A stretch of 42,115 nucleotides of DNA, taken from Nemertoderma westbladi (Eukaryota > Animalia > Xenacoelomorpha). A model generated the notes under the pieces. The model made no database searches. It saw only the letters and a list, made by a program, of their open reading frames with translations, and had not been told where the DNA came from. Both the position numbers and the translations under genes were made by a program. Shown here in pieces: positions 38,405 to 42,115 of the stretch. Each line of letters starts with the position of its first letter. The first letter of the stretch is position 1. The stretch is taken from assembly GCA_032718475.1 (NCBI GenBank), contig JAUCBJ010008700.1:1-42115 (forward strand), written 5' to 3'.

Positions 38405-41400
38405 CTATATAACAGCTCACCATTCAATTGGTTGTGCTATATCACAGCCCACCATTCAATTGGTTGTGCTATATCACAGCCCACCATTCAATTGGTTGTG
38501 CTATATCACAGCCCACCATTCAATTGGTTGTGCTATATCACAGCCCACCATTCAATTGGTTGTGCTATATTACAGCTCACCATTCATTGGTTGTGCTATA
38601 TCACAGCTCACCATTCAATTGGTTGTGCTATATAACAGCTCACCATTCAATTGGTTGTGCTATATTACAGCTCACCATTCATTGGTTGTGCTATATTACA
38701 GCTCACCATTCATTGGTTGTGCTATATTACAGCTCACCATTCAATTGGTTGTGCTATATTACAGCTCACCATTCATTGGTTGTGCTATATCACAGCTCAC
38801 CATTCATTGGTTGTGCTATATAACAGCTCACCATTCAATTGGTTGTGCTATATTACAGCTCACCATTCATTGGTTGTGCTATATTACAGCCCACCATTCA
38901 ATTGGTTGTGCTATATTACAGCTCACCATTCAATTGGTTGTGCTATATTACAGCTCACCATTCATTGGTTGTGCTATATTACAGCTCACCATTCAATTGG
39001 TTGTGCTATATTACAGCTCACCATTCAATTGGTTGTGCTATATTACAGCTCACCATTCATTGGTTGTGCTATATTACAGCTCACCATTCAATTGGTTGTG
39101 CTATATTACAGCTCACCATTCAATTGGTTGTGCTATATTACAGCTCACCATTCAATTGGTTGTGCTATATTACAGCTCACCATTCAATTGGTTGTGCTAT
39201 ATTACAGCTCACCATTCAATTGGTTGTGCTATATTACAGCTCACCATTCAATTGGTTGTGCTATATTACAGCTCACCATTCAATTGGTTGTGCTATATTA
39301 CAGCTCACCATTCAATTGGTTGTGCTATATCACAGCTCACCATTCAATTGGTTGTGCTATATTACAGCTCACCATTCAATTGGTTGTGCTATATTACAGC
39401 TCACCATTCAATTGGTTGTGCTATATTACAGCTCACCATTCAATTGGTTGTGCTATATCACAGCTCACCATTCAATTGGTTGTGCTATATTACAGCTCAC
39501 CATTCATTGGTTGTGCTATATTACAGCTCACCATTCATTGGTTGTGCTATATTACAGCTCACCATTCAATTGGTTGTGCTATATTACAGCTCACCATTCA
39601 ATTGGTTGTGCTATATTACAGCTCACCATTCAATTGGTTGTGCTATATTACAGCTCACCATTCAATTGGTTGTGCTATATTACAGCTCACCATTCAATTG
39701 GTTGTGCTATATTACAGCTCACCATTCAATTGGTTGTGCTATATTACAGCTCACCATTCAATTGGTTGTGCTATATTACAGCTCACCATTCAATTGGTTG
39801 TGCTATATTACAGCTCACCATTCAATTGGTTGTGCTATATTCACAGCTCACCATTCAATTGGTTGTGCTATATTACAGCTCACCATTCAATTGGTTGTGC
39901 TATATTACAGCTCACCATTCAATTGGTTGTGCTATATTACAGCTCACCATTCAATTGGTTGTGCTATATCACAGCTCACCATTCAATTGGTTGTGCTATA
40001 TTACAGCTCACCATTCATTGGTTGTGCTATATTACAGCTCACCATTCAATTGGTTGTGCTATATTACAGCTCACCATTCAATTGGTTGTGCTATATTACA
40101 GCTCACCATTCAATTGGTTGTGCTATATCACAGCTCACCATTCATTGGTTGTGCTATATTACAGCTCACCATTCAATTGGTTGTGCTATATTACAGCTCA
40201 CCATTCAATTGGTTGTGCTATATTACAGCTCACCATTCATTGGTTGTGCTATATTACAGCTCACCATTCATTGGTTGTGCTATATTACAGCTCACCATTC
40301 AATTGGTTGTGCTATATTACAGCTCACCATTCAATTGGTTGTGCTATATTACAGCTCACCATTCATTGGTTGTGCTATATTACAGCTCACCATTCATTGG
40401 TTGTGCTATATTACAGCTCACCATTCATTGGTTGTGCTATATTACAGCTCACCATTCATTGGTTGTGCTATATTACAGCTCACCATTCAATTGGTTGTGC
40501 TATATTACAGCTCACCATTCATTGGTTGTGCTATATTACAGCTCACCATTCAATTGGTTGTGCTATATTACAGCTCACCATTCAATTGGTTGTGCTATAT
40601 TACAGCTCACCATTCATTGGTTGTGCTATATTACAGCTCACCATTCAATTGGTTGTGCTATATTACAGCTCACCATTCAATTGGTTGTGCTATATTACAG
40701 CTCACCATTCATTGGTTGTGCTATATCACAGCTCACCATTCAATTGGTTGTGCTATATTACAGCTCACCATTCAATTGGTTGTGCTATATTACAGCTCAC
40801 CATTCAATTGGTTGTGCTATATTACAGCTCACCATTCAATTGGTTGTGCTATATTACAGCTCACCATTCAATTGGTTGTGCTATATCACAGCTCACCATT
40901 CATTGGTTGTGCTATATTACAGCTCACCATTCAATTGGTTGTGCTATATTACAGCTCACCATTCATTGGTTGTGCTATATTACAGCTCACCATTCAATTG
41001 GTTGTGCTATATTACAGCTCACCATTCAATTGGTTGTGCTATATTACAGCTCACCATTCAATTGGTTGTGCTATATTACAGCTCACCATTCAATTGGTTG
41101 TGCTATATTACAGCTCACCATTCAATTGGTTGTGCTATATTACAGCTCACCATTCAATTGGTTGTGCTATATTACAGCTCACCATTCAATTGGTTGTGCT
41201 ATATTACAGCTCACCATTCAATTGGTTGTGCTATATTACAGCTCACCATTCATTGGTTGTGCTATATTACAGCTCACCATTCATTGGTTGTGCTATATTA
41301 CAGCTCACCATTCATTGGTTGTGCTATATTACAGCTCACCATTCAATTGGTTGTGCTATATTACAGCTCACCATTCAATTGGTTGTGCTATATTACAGCT

Positions 41401-42115
41401 CACCATTCAATTGGTTGTGCTATATTACAGCTCACCATTCATTGGTTGTGCTATATCACAGCTCACCATTCATTGGTTGTGCTATATCACAGCTCACCAT
41501 TCATTGGTTGTGCTATATTACAGCTCACCATTCAATTGGTTGTGCTATATTACAGCTCACCATTCAATTGGTTGTGCTATATTACAGCTCACCATTCAAT
41601 TGGTTGTGCTATATTACAGCTCACCATTCAATTGGTTGTGCTATATTACAGCTCACCATTCAATTGGTTGTGCTATATTACAGCTCACCATTCATTGGTT
41701 GTGCTATATTACAGCTCACCATTCATTGGTTGTGCTATATTACAGCTCACCATTCAATTGGTTGTGCTATATTACAGCTCACCATTCAATTGGTTGTGCT
41801 ATATTACAGCTCACCATTCATTGGTTGTGCTATATTACAGCTCACCATTCAATTGGTTGTGCTATATTACAGCTCACCATTCATTGGTTGTGCTATATTA
41901 CAGCTCACCATTCAATTGGTTGTGCTATATTACAGCTCACCATTCAATTGGTTGTGCTATATTACAGCTCACCATTCAATTGGTTGTGCTATATTACAGC
42001 TCACCATTCAATTGGTTGTGCTATATTACACAGCTCACCATTCAATTGGTTGTGCTATATTACAGCTCACCATTCAATTGGTTGTGCTATATTACAGCTC
42101 ACCATTCATTGGTTG
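38405..42115. repeat. 32/31-bp satellite, ~117 copies, running off the right edge
   Basis: Unit atattacagctcaccattcaattggttgtgct; the 31-bp variant lacks one a (ttcattgg). Confidence 0.98.

Noticed and set aside
30554-42115. CRISPR-like appearance of short palindromic repeats
   Set aside because: Head-to-tail monomers with no unique spacers, no cas genes, and a eukaryotic context.

Overview
Animal (probably bilaterian invertebrate) nuclear DNA, rich in repeats and transposons. The centrepiece is a complete axonemal inner-arm dynein heavy chain, DNAH10 (11688-25697). It is encoded as one intron-free 14-kb frame and broken only by an in-frame TGA (22386-22388) where orthologues have Trp. About 1.1 kb upstream is a cluster of RFX X-box, forkhead and CCAAT motifs typical of ciliary promoters. 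To the left lie a minus-strand coiled-coil ORF of at least 456 codons that runs off the window edge (missed by the ORF track, Gag-like), duplicated AT-rich leader-like DNA, a 5'-truncated frameshifted CRE-clade non-LTR retrotransposon with a Pro/Ser insert in its RT core, and an RTE-like RT fragment. To the right lie a decayed BEL/Pao gag-protease, a probable non-autonomous Helitron with ~146-bp repeats each carrying a CTCF-like motif, and three unrelated tandem arrays (63, 57 and 32/31 bp). All family assignments come from motif recognition by eye; no searches were run.
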